A stretch of 64,000 nucleotides of DNA from Takakia lepidozioides (lineage: Eukaryota; Plantae; Bryophyta), in NCBI GenBank assembly GCA_030704615.1, contig CM060731.1, positions 41,602,001-41,666,000 of the forward strand, written 5' to 3'. The notes beneath the pieces were generated by a model that worked only from the letters and a program-made list of their open reading frames with translations, was not told the DNA's origin and ran no database searches. Shown here piece after piece: positions 1 to 12,419 of this stretch. Both the position numbers and the translations under genes were made by a program. Every line of letters starts with the position of its first letter. Within the stretch, counting starts at the first letter, position 1.

Positions 1-14
1 CCTGGTATGCTCGA

Positions 15-507
15 GTGGACAGTTTATTTCAACGTAACCGACTTTCTACTACTTTCCTATTACCAATGAACCCAGATGAGGTGGACATCACATCCACACA
101 TGACCGCAACAGACTCATTCGGAGAGAGCTTGTGGAATTACATGTGAGAGAAACTTGGATGCTACCCAATCACAACAAAGCTCCACTTCTATCGAGAGAC
201 ATTCTTGGTGCTCCGCGATGATAGAATCTTGAGACCAAATTACCTTTCAGCACCCCTTAGCTCCTTCCCTCTTGAGGGCATTGGGGCAGTTCAGGGTGGG
301 TTCCCACAACCTACGGATAGAGACTGGCAGATGGGAAAACTGCAACGGGAGGACCGCCTATGTCCAGCTTGCATAGGGCGCAGCAAGGAAATTGAAACTG
401 AAGAACACTTCTTTCTTCTACTGCCCTCTATACTACGAGATCCGATTGAACAACTTTATGGATATGTGCATCCCAGTTTCAGTTTTAGGAGAACTCAACG
501 CCCATAG
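15..507 (+). mobile_element. Degenerate 3' end of a non-LTR retrotransposon (LINE) ORF2
   Basis: Across frames: QFRVGSHNLRIETGRW (~287-335), then REDRLCPAC...EIETEEHFFL, the typical C-terminal CCHC-like region of LINE RT proteins; frameshifted. Confidence 0.7.
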
Positions 508-1755
508 AACATGAACAGAAGTAGGGGTAGAACTCACCTCATGCGCAGCGGGTTTTTGTGCCGTTTGCGCACCTTTTGGAGAGACTCTGCAGATGGAGGT
601 GCAATTTCCGCCGAACTGTCCTCCACCTCATCGTCGTCGCCCATGCTATAGTCGCTTGTGTCAAATCCGAACTGGAAGACCGCCCACTGCTCTGCCTTCC
701 CTCTCGCACCGACGCCATCTGTACCAGATTCAGTCGAGCCAGGCGGGGGCTCCTTCGCACCGCGGGGCTGGAATGTGCACAAGTGGGAGGAGGTGATGCT
801 GCCTCGGCGGTCGACCGCTTCTTACTAGGCGTGGACATAGACCATGACAAAGATGAAGACGAGCGAGGACATAGACCATGAGCAAGACAAAGACGAGCGA
901 GGAAGACCAAGACATGCAAAGGAGGAAAGAAGGACAAGGAGGGGAGTGTGATCACACACCCCCCGAGCTCAAGGTGAAGATCCGGCCGTTGTTGATTTCA
1001 AATATGAACACGTGTCGTGCATCCGACACTATGGCCTTTTCGACTTTGAGACGTTAAACCCTAAACCACTTACAGTCCTCCAGACAACTAGATGTAGTGA
1101 TTCACACAACTGACATTTGGTTGGCTTGTTATGCAGGCTTGTTCTGTAATCTCCAGTAGACATCATACAGTTTCTTTGTTTCTTTCATTTTTTGTAATGT
1201 TTGTACAGTTCATATCCTCAATGTCTCAAGCAAATGAGAGGTAGTCCTGGTAGGATGGTCAATGTCCTTAAAAGCGGCCTTGTCTATTATCCATCCAAAA
1301 ACTAAAGGTCTCATCTATCATGGTTAATATATGTTTGGATAAGAAAATGACTCGGTATGTCTTCTTTTTCACAATCACGGGGAGGGTTACCTCAACTCAC
1401 TAGCTGATCTCTTAGCACAATTGACACCAAGCCCTTGACACGGTTTTCATGTGCATGTCAGCATGCTCCAAAACAGCCAATGTGGCTGTTCGGGCGAGTT
1501 TGGCATTCGTTCCTTAAGCTCCCGACGACATAAATTCAAGGTCAGATGGTGGGGCCAGTTGCAACAATGAACCGATATTAGCCTTGAGTAGTTCTCTGAC
1601 TCTTTGTGGGCCCTTCTATGGTTATTTGTTTGTTGTTCTACTCCTTGTGGCCCTTAGGAATCCCACAGACGTGATACACATATCTTTCCTCTTCTCACTT
1701 TCGGTCCTTTACTAACTACCAGAAATGTCACACGTATGTCTGCATCTGAAACTTT

Positions 1756-2340
1756 TCACCTTTGAGACAACATTCTGCAGCACGCTCTGCTAGCTTCACA
1801 TTGCCATGTATTCTGCAGGCACCAAGTAAAGCGCCACACTAAAGCATCTGGTTTAATTGGCATTCTGTTGATGAAATTCTCCGCCTCATCCAAGCGCCCT
1901 GCACGGCCAAGAAGGTCAACCATGCAGCCAAAATGTTTTCCTGTTGGAATGATTCTATTATCACACACAGCAGATTGATGCTTGTGTGAAGGGTTTTCTA
2001 GAGGATATCTGGAAAACCGGATTATTCCTATATGATGGTAAGTCTTACTACCACCGCGTCAGCCCCTGACGGAGGTAGGCTCTGTTCCTTTTGTTCCCGC
2101 TCAAACTGGGCGCAGGGTCAATGGCCACAAGGCTATGGCATACAACGTCTTATGAGTACAATCTATAATCTCTACTCATAGAATGGAAATAGTGTTGTCC
2201 TTCATCTACTAGGCCCATATGGCTGCATGCAGACAAAACTGCAATGAGTGTAACATCATTTGGCTTCACCCCTTGCTGTTTCAAAACTTGGTTGAAAAGT
2301 TGCAGAGCATCTTTGCCATGCCCTTGCTGAGAATATCCGA
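1756..2340 (-). pseudogene. PLS-class PPR pseudogene fragment interrupted by a short retroposon
   Basis: GYSQQGHGKDALQLFNQ...GVKPNDVTLIAVLSACSHMGLVDEGQHYFHSMSRDY (2340-2165) resumes as IIPTGKHFGCMVDLLGRAGRLDEAENFINRMPIKPDALVW (1955-1830), followed by a frameshift. Confidence 0.9.
1962..2160 (+). mobile_element. ~200-bp SINE-like retroposon inserted in PPR coding sequence
   Basis: Aligns over its whole length with the reverse complement of 51792-51972. Flanked by an imperfect ~10-bp duplication (minus strand GATTATAGAT / GATAATAGAA). Its 3' end (...TATGAGTACA) is followed by TC-rich tails in other copies. Confidence 0.7.
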
Positions 2341-2977
2341 AGACCTGCTTGCCCTCTTCTACAGCTGGGCACAGGGAGTGTCGTTGAGGCTGAAAAGGGG
2401 AAATTTGACCAGGTCATATCCGTTTGTGTTACTTCGAAGGTGTGGGCCAGCCTGCCAGAAGGTCAAAACAGGTGCATGCTGACATATGAAAGTCTGGTGT
2501 CGTGGAGATTGTTGGCTGTGAGGTGGGATGGGGTTATCATCTTTCCTGGTAAATGAAGATATGATTGACATATCTCCTCTCCCATAAACTGTCATATTTC
2601 CTATAGGAAGTTCTTGTGACGCCCTTGACATGCTGTTGATGTGAATGAAAGCAGGCTGCAGTAGCAACAATGGAGAATTCAGGGTGTTTGGATTGGGCAG
2701 AGCATACCATGGAAGAGAACAAGGGGCCCAATAGTTCGTGCAGTTGGGGGAGTTGATGTATGTACTTCCCCACACGGCCTTTGCCTCTCTTCACCATCTG
2801 TACCGAAGGTGCATAGATGGAACAAATCTCCAGTCTTTTGGTGTGCTCTTGTAATTCTGATATGCCCATAGACCCACTTCTCTCTCCTGTCTGTCTTGAG
2901 TTCCCCAACAAAAATGAGTTCCCCTCGCCCATGCGGAGGACTTCCAATTAATCACCCCTGTAGACAGAACAACCGGG

Positions 2978-4344
2978 ATGACAGGTTGTGGGAAAGAGAA
3001 GTGGCACGTGCCCGAGCCCCTTGGGCTTTCAAGGATGCCATGCCCATGTGAACGTTGTTTGGGCACTACAAGTAGATCTGAGGACGGTGTGCGCACACAT
3101 CTCCTTCACCACAAAAGACATGAAGCATTTCGGGTGTGGATTGGAGATGGACCTGCAGACGAAGACGATGAGGAGTGGGCACAATTGGACAATGCACACC
3201 CCCGAGGGAGCCATACAGATAGGCCAGACGAGGACTATGTCATGGGCACGGGACAAGAACCAGGCATGGATGGAGGGGTGGAGATTACTCAAATGTTGCA
3301 GGAAGCATTCCACATCATGGACGATGCTGAAGAGGGGGACGGCGCTGCGACAACTGGGGATGGTGATTACGCAGGAAATGAAGGCATTCACATGGGGGAA
3401 GGCGTGGAAGGAGGTGGAGATGGAAATGAGAATTCTGCACACATAACACTAGAAGAAGCATGTGTGCCACTGTACGAGGGATGCAAATCCACAAAGCTTG
3501 CTGCCAGCATGCTGTTGATGAACCTGTGCACAACCCACGGTGTGTCAGACCATTTTGTGGACGAGTTGTTCTCTTTGCTTCGGCTGAACTTGCTCCCACA
3601 ACCAAATGAAATGCCAAAAAGCTGTCACATGGCCAACAAAATGATTGGGAAGCTCGGCCTCAACTACGTGAAAATACATGCATGTCCAAAAGGACATGTA
3701 CTTTTCAGAAGAGAGTACAAGGACGCTATGGAGTGCCCCAAATGCGGTGCAGCCCGATACCATGATGTGGGCAGGTTACAACAGCCAGCCAAGGTGTTGA
3801 GGCACTTTCCCCTTATCCCCCGTCTATCATGAATGTACAAATGCAAGACCATTAGTGAGCTCATGACTTGGCATTCCAGGAATGCCTCAAATGATGGTTT
3901 GGTAAGGCATGTCCCAGATTCCCTTGCATGGAAGCATATAGATGCAACTTGGCCCGATTTCGCCGAGGACCCACGCAATGTGCGATTGGCTGTATCTACG
4001 GATGGAGTAAACCCATACGGATCAAAGAGTTGCACATGGTCCACACTGTGTAGAGGATCGTGCAGTTGTTGAAAGCAGAATGTAGTAACATGGACAACTT
4101 CTGCCACATATTCTATAGAACTTGGTCTCATGGGAGGACATTTGGCATTTCAGAACCTCTTGCAGCGGTACCTCCTGGACCCCATGCATTGTGAGAAGAA
4201 CTTCTGCTAGAACATTCTGAAGACTATCTTTGGGGAGAAGGATACGATAAACGTACGAAAGGACATGGAGATTGAAGGGATACGGTCACATCTGTGGCTA
4301 AGGCCTGATCCAAATAGACCAAGCAAAGTGCTCATGCCCGCAGC
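2978..4344 (+). pseudogene. CACTA Tnp2 (Transposase_21-type) transposase, 5' part
   Basis: MPCPCERC...VRTHLL (transposase-associated domain); LYEGC...IHACPKGHVLF...CPKCG...AKVLRHFPLIPRL; DSLAWKHID...RNVRLAVSTDGVNPY; LDPMHCEKN. Stop at 3830, internal deletion near 4045. Confidence 0.92.
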
Positions 4345-4445
4345 GGGGCCTGCTATTTCATGAGCCATGAGCCATGAGCGGCATGAGCCATGAGCAGAGT
4401 CGTAAGTGTGGAAAAAAACATGAGCAGCACTATTTTCCGGAAATG
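4345..4445 (+). repeat. Left TIR with internal (CATGAGC)n repeats
   Basis: ggggcctgctatttcatgagccatgagccatgagcggcatgagccatgagcagagtcgtaag; imperfect inverted match to the right end. Confidence 0.85.
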
Positions 4446-5986
4446 AGTGTCCGCGGGAATAGGGTTTAGGGTGCCACGGTCATAGGGGGAGAAGGACCTC
4501 CCGATGAAGGAGGTTCGGCAATGTTATTTAGAATTATATATTGAAAGGCAATGTTTCGCGAATGGTAGGGTGGTACTGCTCTGTACAATGGGGGCCCATT
4601 TCAGCCTACCCAGCCATTTGCAAAATCCACCCACACTCCCAATCCCAAACGAAATGAGCAATGACGCATTCTCGGAACGATGGACACAGAATAGAATAAA
4701 AAGAGGGCACAATGAGGTTTTTATTGATCCACATGAATTGCATTTGAAGCACGTCTACTGTGCTGATTGTGCCATCAAATCTTGAGCCCTGTGCCTACTG
4801 AATACAAGTCACGTTGTCAATGGGACTTCGACTGCTCTCAGAACTAGCTCATGAGTCATGGGGCTCCTCCATGTAAAGTCGATTGCAGCCGTTGTACCGC
4901 CCCTAGTGATGTTCACCACAATGTCCTGCCCTTCAATCATACCACCATCGAATATGGAAATCTTCACGTTTTCGTCGTCCACACCAATGCGAATGTCCCC
5001 ATACAATGGAGAAGAGGAGCGCACTCCTCGAGGAGAATAGGTCTCTCCGATGGAGTCCACCCACGTCCAGTGGCAGCAGTTCCACCGCAACAGCATAGCA
5101 GTGCGCCTTCTTCTGCATGGGTGACCGTCGTAGCTGGGAAAATCGGAATCGAGGATGCGCAGGAGCCACGGACTCCTCAGACCAAGATCGTCACCCCGCT
5201 CGAAGGCGTAGTGGCCTACGATATACTCAAAAGCCACCAATGTTTCCACAATCGAACCAGTATCTTCTGTGTAATCTGTGTACCAGATAACAATGGTCTC
5301 CCGATGTGGCCGAATACATTGCATAATCGATGCCTCCAAAGGGGCAGTCGTCCCGGTTCCGGAAGCACGGCATCCTTGCAAAGGAGGACCTGAGGACGAC
5401 TTGGATGCCGATGACCTTGCGGACAGCTACGAAGCCCTTAGATTTTGGAAAAGATACGAAGCGGAAGAGCAGTCCGGCCTCCAAAATGGAGCATCTGGGT
5501 CACACGTACCCACCGACGGAGGTGGAACGTGTTCATCACGCCAGCGGTGGATGAAGCCATACATCTTTCTCATCAACAAGTTATAGTTTGAGATCTGCCA
5601 CCGAAGTCCATCCCCCCGGATGGAAATTCGGCGCCGCATTTACATCGAAGAGGGGATGGACTTCGTCGTGTCCAGTGGCTATCGGCCCACCTGGCAGTGA
5701 CTGCCCATAGTTTGCATGGCAGGGTAGGAAACTGAAACGGCTACATTCATGCAGCAGCCAATCTTCATCGGTCCAGGATCCTGTAGGGGGAAATTTAAAT
5801 GTGCCCTGGAATGTACCTCCTTCTGTATGACTGTGTTTCATTGTGTTGAATAATCTCGGATTTGGCCCACTGTTTACAATTTGATGTCTCATTTCTACAA
5901 TTTGTCTGTCTGTTTGAATAAAGCAGAGTAACCGGTATGTGAGTCATGTGTCAAGAATATACCAGAGTAACGCCATGTCGGACATT

Positions 5987-6741
5987 GAAATGCGGCACCG
6001 CATTTCCATGATCGAAATGCATGTCATCGAAATTTTCCATGTCGGACATCGAAATGCGGGAGGGGTTTTTTCCATGTGGGACAAGAAAATGCGGTGCATC
6101 ATTTCCGTCCAGGTACACGAAATACCAACACGGGTCTATAAATTGATCAGAAAACGAGGTTGGCATTGCAAATGCGGCGACGCATTTCCAGCTTGGCAAT
6201 GGAAACTTCTTTTTGGACAAGGGAATGCGGTGCCGCATTTCCGTCCAACACTTCGAAAAGTGCACCTATTTCCGACCAGCGCGATGGAATGCGTTACCGC
6301 ATTTCCGAGAGAGGGTCTGCAATGGACAAATTGCGATGTCCGTTCTGGAAATGCGGCGCCGCATTTCCATGTCCGTCATCGACTTTTTTTTTACAATGGA
6401 ATGCGGTGCCAATTTTTTTGCTGATGGGCCTGCAGTTCGAACAACGACCATCCCCAATATGGAAATGCGGCACCGCATTTCAATCCCCATCGCCTCCTTG
6501 TTCGACCTCCTTGTTCGACCTCTGTAAGCGTGGTGGCATCCATGCAATGAGCGGGAGAGGCCAAAACTGGCGTGTGGACAAAGGAAATTTTGGAAATGCG
6601 GCACCGCATTCCTTCAGATTACTTTTTACTATGCCAACATTGAAATGGAAAATTAGTCCCTCCCCTGTTTTGGAAATGCGGTGCCGCATTTCCAAAAGAG
6701 GTTCTTAGAGTTGCCAAAATTTTGGAAATGCCCCCCATTTC
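5987..6741. repeat. Array 1 of the 22-bp palindrome GGAAATGCGG(C/T)(G/A)CCGCATTTCC
   Basis: About 12 full or degenerate copies (e.g. 5987, 6221, 6286, 6347, 6461, 6592, 6672), plus an outlier at ~5622. Confidence 0.9.
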
Positions 6742-6877
6742 TGATTTTGGGAGCGTCCTGGTTTGGGCGATTGTGTGCTGGAATGCACACTGGAGAGGGG
6801 TCACGAATGTCGGGCAGAATTTTCTTTATATACTCTGGAAGAGAATTTACATTTACAGAGACTTCATTAAAATTCTA

Positions 6878-9800
6878 TTAATCTTGAAAATCATCCGAAT
6901 CCTCATCCTGTTCTAGACTGTCCTGCTCCTCCTCCACCCCCTCAGTGCCTCTCTCATCTCCAGCGGACTGCTCGTTGGCCAGGCTTTCGAAAATCCCATC
7001 TTCCCCTTGCGGAACTGTCCATCTCACCTCCGTTGGGTCGTCTTCCTCCCTGTCTGCGTCGCTCTCATCCGCTGAATCACATATGTACTTTCGTACCCGT
7101 CTACCTGTCTGAGCTGCTGCCAACTCTTTCCTTATCCTTCTGTCCTCCCTAGCCCTCTCCAAAATCTGCTCTACTTTACTGGGATTCTCACTTCTTCTAA
7201 TCGCTGTATTTGCGAGTTTAGCTGCATAACTAGGAAGGGAGTAGTCCCTCACCGGGCTCGTCATGAAGTCGGCCCTCGCAAAGAACGGGACATTCTTCCT
7301 GGCAGGAAGTGTAGGCCCTACATGTTTCGACCCGGACCCTGCAATCCTGCACATGACAATCATCAACGAGACTAATGAGAACCACAGTCGGGAAATTCGT
7401 TTGACATAATGACCCAGAAGGCTTTGCAAACTTACAATGTTTGCACTCACTCGTATTCCGGGTTCTCCTCCGCATCAATGTCCACTGTGTCTTCCTCGGA
7501 CTCCGACGAATCCGAGGAGACTTCCGCTCTGTCGGGAGCCTTCACATTCCGTTGCAGCCCTCCAGATGGGATCCCCACACGGATGAATCCTCCTCGTAGG
7601 CAAAGGTGCCGGTCGGAAAACCGCCCAGCCCACATTGAGGCACCTGTTACAATGCCATCCACACATTACCACATGGCGCTTCAGATGTTGCGAACTACAT
7701 CCTAACGAGAATTTGCAGAACAGCAGAGATCAAGATTCTGCATACCTGTCCCACAGATGAGGTCCAGCACTGTGCCCTCCACGTCTGTGCATGTCTCCAT
7801 AATTGTCTGAATGAAGGCAGGGCTCCGAGTCCGTGAGTACCGCAGGGGTTCCGTTGAAGTGAGGCTATGAGGGAGAAGTTCCTTGGGAACGTTGTTGAAC
7901 AGAACGTCGTAATCGAGTGGGTCGCAGTTCGGGTCAACCTTTCCTCCCTCCTTCCGGAAAGCAAAGGTGGAGTTTTCCTTCACAAAGCAGTATGCATCGA
8001 ACTGCTTCGTCTGCATACACAGGGGGAAAACGATTAGAAACCGAATGCGGCACCGCATTTGAAAACACCCAAGCAAATGAATGGACGAGTGCCAGTGTCG
8101 TAATCACCTTCTTCCCTTCCGACCGAAGGCCCAGTGTGTTGATGCACGTCCACTTCTTTTTCAGAATCGGGACGGCGCTCTTGCGGGTCCACTTCGCAAT
8201 TCCTGTCTGAGTGTTTTTTCCTCTGCTCGCCAGGACAACCACACAGCCTCTGTCGTCCAACACCATGCGGGCAAGCCCGAATCCTTTCTTCCAAAAGTCC
8301 TCCGAGTACCTGTTCCAAGATGGCAAAGCTTGCAGTCCTTCCACAGGCTCTCCGTCCGGAATATCCAAGATGATCATATCGCAAGACCACTCGGTGGCAT
8401 TTCCGCCCCTCCTACAATCCTTGTCTGCACACACCCTCTCAAAGAACGAGACCATATTCTGAAATCCTGGGGTGTCGGAAGGCTCTTCGGCAGTCGCCTT
8501 CTTCAGTGCTCTGCCCTTCAGACCCTCCATGGTCTTCATGTATGCCAACTTGGCTGCCCGTCCATCCAAAGCCGCCAAGAAACTCTCATTTACACACTGG
8601 ACTACTGTTTCGGGAGCCACTTTCGGCCTCTTCATTTCCACCGGCTCGAAAGGGTGCCCCCCTGGGGGGTTGAAGAGTGCCTTCTTTGCCGAGCCAGTTC
8701 TCGTGCCTCTCGTGACAACGGTGGGCACAGGGGAGGCAGCCTGCGTTTGGGGGGTGGGCTGGTTGCAAAGTCTCCATCGGAGTCCTCTTCCTCACCCTCT
8801 TCCTGAACAGGCTGTTTCTGCTTCTTCGTTTTGGCGGGTGTCACAACAGCTGCTCCTTGCTGGCGAGTCCTCTTCTTCGACCCCTTCTGTTGGGCCTGCA
8901 CAGCTGCATCCACCGTCTTTTGTGCCATCTCAGCTGCCTTTCTGGATTCTTCCAGAGCAGCAGATTCCTTTGCCGACTTTGGCCCAGCAGGGACACGTCT
9001 TTCCTTTCTCTTCTCTTCTGCCAAGGCGTGCAGATCTTTCTCAGACTCGTCAACAATACCGCCAGACATGTCCAGGTACCACGGGCATCCAACGAGATGC
9101 GCGGGATGCCATTGTTTCTGCATCTCGGGTGTGTAGACACAGCTTGGGCCCGCCACGGTCCAAGCCATGAAGAACGGGGGCTCTTGAGCCAGGGCCCCTG
9201 TCTGAAGGAGCACGTATTTCATATACCTGCAAGGCAGTCAGCATGCGTGAGCAAAAGTTGAGACCAACCTACTGGCAGTGCCACCGAAAACATAATGCGA
9301 ATGCGGTGCCGCATTTCCGAGACAAACCTCGTAACCAGGCTTCGCATACAAGGGCAGCTGTGTGCTTCACCTGTAAACAATTTCGCATTGCAGCTTTCCC
9401 CGCTCCCTCCTGATGTGTAAACTCCACGCTCCTTCTTGCTGTCTGTAGCTCTCTGGCGAAAAGGTTGTCCTTGTACGCACATCTGAAACGTGTCACGTAG
9501 TCTTCCAATGTCTGTGTTCCATCCCATTTGACGTACAAGCCGAACGAATTTGTGTGCATTACGACTTGCTCCTTCGCATTCGACATTACCTGCCATTCCC
9601 AAATGCATTGTCACGTAGCAGTTCAGGGAATTCATGTCAGAAAAGCAAATCTGGGGAAGTACCTTGAATTACCTGGAACCACCAAGTCATACGGTTGAGC
9701 CACACATCCACTGCAGGGTCGGAAACTTCCAGTGGAAAAGACCACATTGTCCTTATGCTCTCGGATGCATTCCAGATCGACAGCCACCGTGTCTGCCATT

Positions 9801-11982
9801 TCCGATCCAATGTCAGGGCTGGAAGAGTGGCTATTGCTAGGAAGGAACTTCAGTGCATTGAAACCTCACCTTCTCTTTCGCCTCCACACATGCCGTTGAG
9901 AGGTGATGCAGTTTCTCCAATTGCATGGTCGGCTGCATGGCCCGAGAATAGTGTTTTGCAATCTCGGGGATGAAGTCCTTTCCAAGTGCCGGATCTGCAA
10001 TTGCCACCAGCTTCACAAGCTTTGACTTGTATTTGGTTCTGGACTTGACACGGCTTCCTTCAAGTGCTCAGTCAATGACTGCAACGTTTTGACCTGCCCC
10101 TCACTTTCCATGAAGAAGCGTTTGGCATGGGCCAAATCCAGCTTGATGTTTGACTGCCAACAAAAACATGCAGAAGCGTTACATTCGATTCATGTGGAAA
10201 CATTACTGGAAATTGGGGAAGGATGAGCAGAGGGAAATTGGAGCACGACTTACTTCGTATATCACCTCCACCATTCCATCCATAGTGAGACGATACCATG
10301 TCCGGTCTGTTTTTGCAACGGCTTTCTGAATGAGCTCGGGCTCCAGCATTTCCGCAAACATCTGCGGATCAGTAGACCAGTTTTCCTCACCCTGTACAGC
10401 ATATGTGCCATGTGGGTATGCACGTACGCATTCTCAGTGACCCTGCAAGGCACACTCTCCAGTTCAGTACACGGAAGCACGGAAACAAACCAGAATGGAA
10501 ACCGAAATGCGGCACCGCATTTCGAACGTGCTAGGGAGGGTATGAGTATCTTACGAGTTGAGGTCCGCCATGGCATTCTTGAGCAGGGAGGAGTCTGCCG
10601 CCTTCACCTTGAGGATGACACACTCCACCATGTAATGCCAGCCAATGTGCTTGGCATGGTTCTGCTTGATGTACTCCCACCAGGCGAGAAGTCGGTGATT
10701 CCCGTCCCACACAAAGAACATTTTACCCGACATATGGCCGAAGTCGGGATCACCCTTCAGCGTCGCCTCGAATTCGTGGTTGCGAGTGTGCCAGTGGGTA
10801 TCCCACGTTGACAATTCATCGGCAGTGGGTCCACGAGTTTCGCCGTCCTCATTCTCATGGAAACGTAAAACGCTGCCGATCCCAGACGGTACCCTTCTCG
10901 AAATGCGAACTTGAGCTTATCCACATCTCCGGGAAGGGCCTGCCTGACGATGGGAAGGGAGACCATGCGACAGAGTGGGATTCGAAGAGTCCGCTGGAAT
11001 ACCCTGCTGCCCAGAACTCTGCCAATGCTACTGTGTGTCTCCTCCAACATTTTATCCGCTGCACTTTTGAAATCCTCCGGAGACATGTCTGTAGGTGCCG
11101 GTAGTGGCTGAGCAGCTGGAGCATCCTCAACTGGAGCTGCACTCTGGGGCCTGTGTGCGGGCAATTCTGCCATTGCAGAGGCCTCCTCCGGGCCTGCTTT
11201 CATCGGTGGTGAGGTCTGCCTGCGAACGTTCAGCGGCAGCACCCTCCTCCGGTACCAAATCGAGATCAACGGTCGATCCCATTGCCTTCGCTGCAGCAGA
11301 GTCGGCCCCAACATCTGCAGGCGGGAAATCCTCCAGGAACTGAGCTTCAGCTCGTGGAAGCGGTTTTGCGGGAGATTGTTCGCCCGTCGCCCTGATTGCC
11401 TTCTGCTTCCTCATCCTTGCAGGTGAAGGTGTCTGCTGCAATTGAATCTGTCTTCTACCCTGCTGCTTCATTCGCGTTGGGGGGGGTGAATCGGCCTGAG
11501 CCGGTTCAGAAGCCAGTAGAGGGACGGGCTGCTTCTTCTTCGACTTTGCTGGAGAAGGGCCCGACCCCTGCTGGCGATTCTCCATGACGAAGAACGCGAG
11601 TCGATCTCTGGACTTTGAACTTGCCCTTCGAAGACGCGTCTTTGAATCGCAGAGGGCTAGGCCCGGCAGGAATACCCGCGCTCGGGGATCGGGTGGGTGT
11701 ACGTGCTGCAGCTAGCTCCTCGGACTCTTCCTGCGGCTCTTCGGATTCCTGCGATCCCTCCAGCACGTCCACCTTTCCTGTTAGGCATGCAAACATGTTC
11801 TGCATTCAAGTCTCCTAGCATTCAGTCTAAGAATTACAGAAGCAAAATGGGGGGTTCGGTGCTCGATCAGCTGCGCGCAGCCCGATCGCATGGAGCTCTC
11901 ACTGGTGGCTGGGTTGCCTGAGTGGCCTGCTGCTCGGAGATGGCAATCTCCTCCTGTAGACGCTCTTCCTCCCCTTCGGCAT
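6878..11982 (-). pseudogene. Multi-exon gene: ParB/Srx-like domain + beta-class N6A/N4C DNA methyltransferase-like domain (frameshifted copy)
   Basis: Low-complexity N-terminus; IPLCRM...VRQAL..DVDKL...GY...FYV; KMFFVWDGNHRLLAW (~10690-10720); CDMIILDIPDG (8354-8365, motif IV position); RSPAFIQTIMETCTDVEGTVLDLICGTG (7746-7830, motifs X/I); GASMWAG...RH-FAYEED after a frameshift. GT-AG introns inferred at ~10550, ~10250, ~9670, ~8108, ~7745, ~7450. Start codon uncertain. Confidence 0.75.
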
Positions 11983-12419
11983 TGGCCTACGTCCGAAGTA
12001 TAATTTCCGGAGCTTGCGACGAGGTCTCCTGTCTGGTGCACGAACTCCCCCCCTCTCAGGTTCGAGCATAAGAAGAACAGAGAGAGGGAAAAGGGGCAAA
12101 GAGTGCAGATGGAAAGGGCGCGAGAGGGGTGACTGAGGAGACACGACAAAAGTAGATGAAACGGCGGTGATGCACCACTTGGGTTCGAAAGGGTTGGACG
12201 AAAGTGTCTCCTCGTGGAGTTTGCGTCATTACGAAATTCGAATCGTTGAGGGTACGCCTGCCGTCCGAAACAAACATCATTATCCAACGGTCAGGCCGCG
12301 CCGCCTCATGCCCCTTCAGTCAGATAGAGTGCCGACATGTGCAGCAATTCCGTTGCTCCACGTGTTCACATTTCAAGGCATCACCCCGCATTGCACGCGA
12401 GTTAATCCCCACAAACCCC

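Noticed and set aside
534-1230. ORFs at 534-955 as host genes
   Set aside because: Low-complexity overlapping ORFs with no recognisable domain; probably TE-derived sequence of unknown class.
3447-3460. CACTAGAAG as the CACTA left terminus
   Set aside because: Lies inside the Tnp2 coding sequence; chance match to the right-end TIR.
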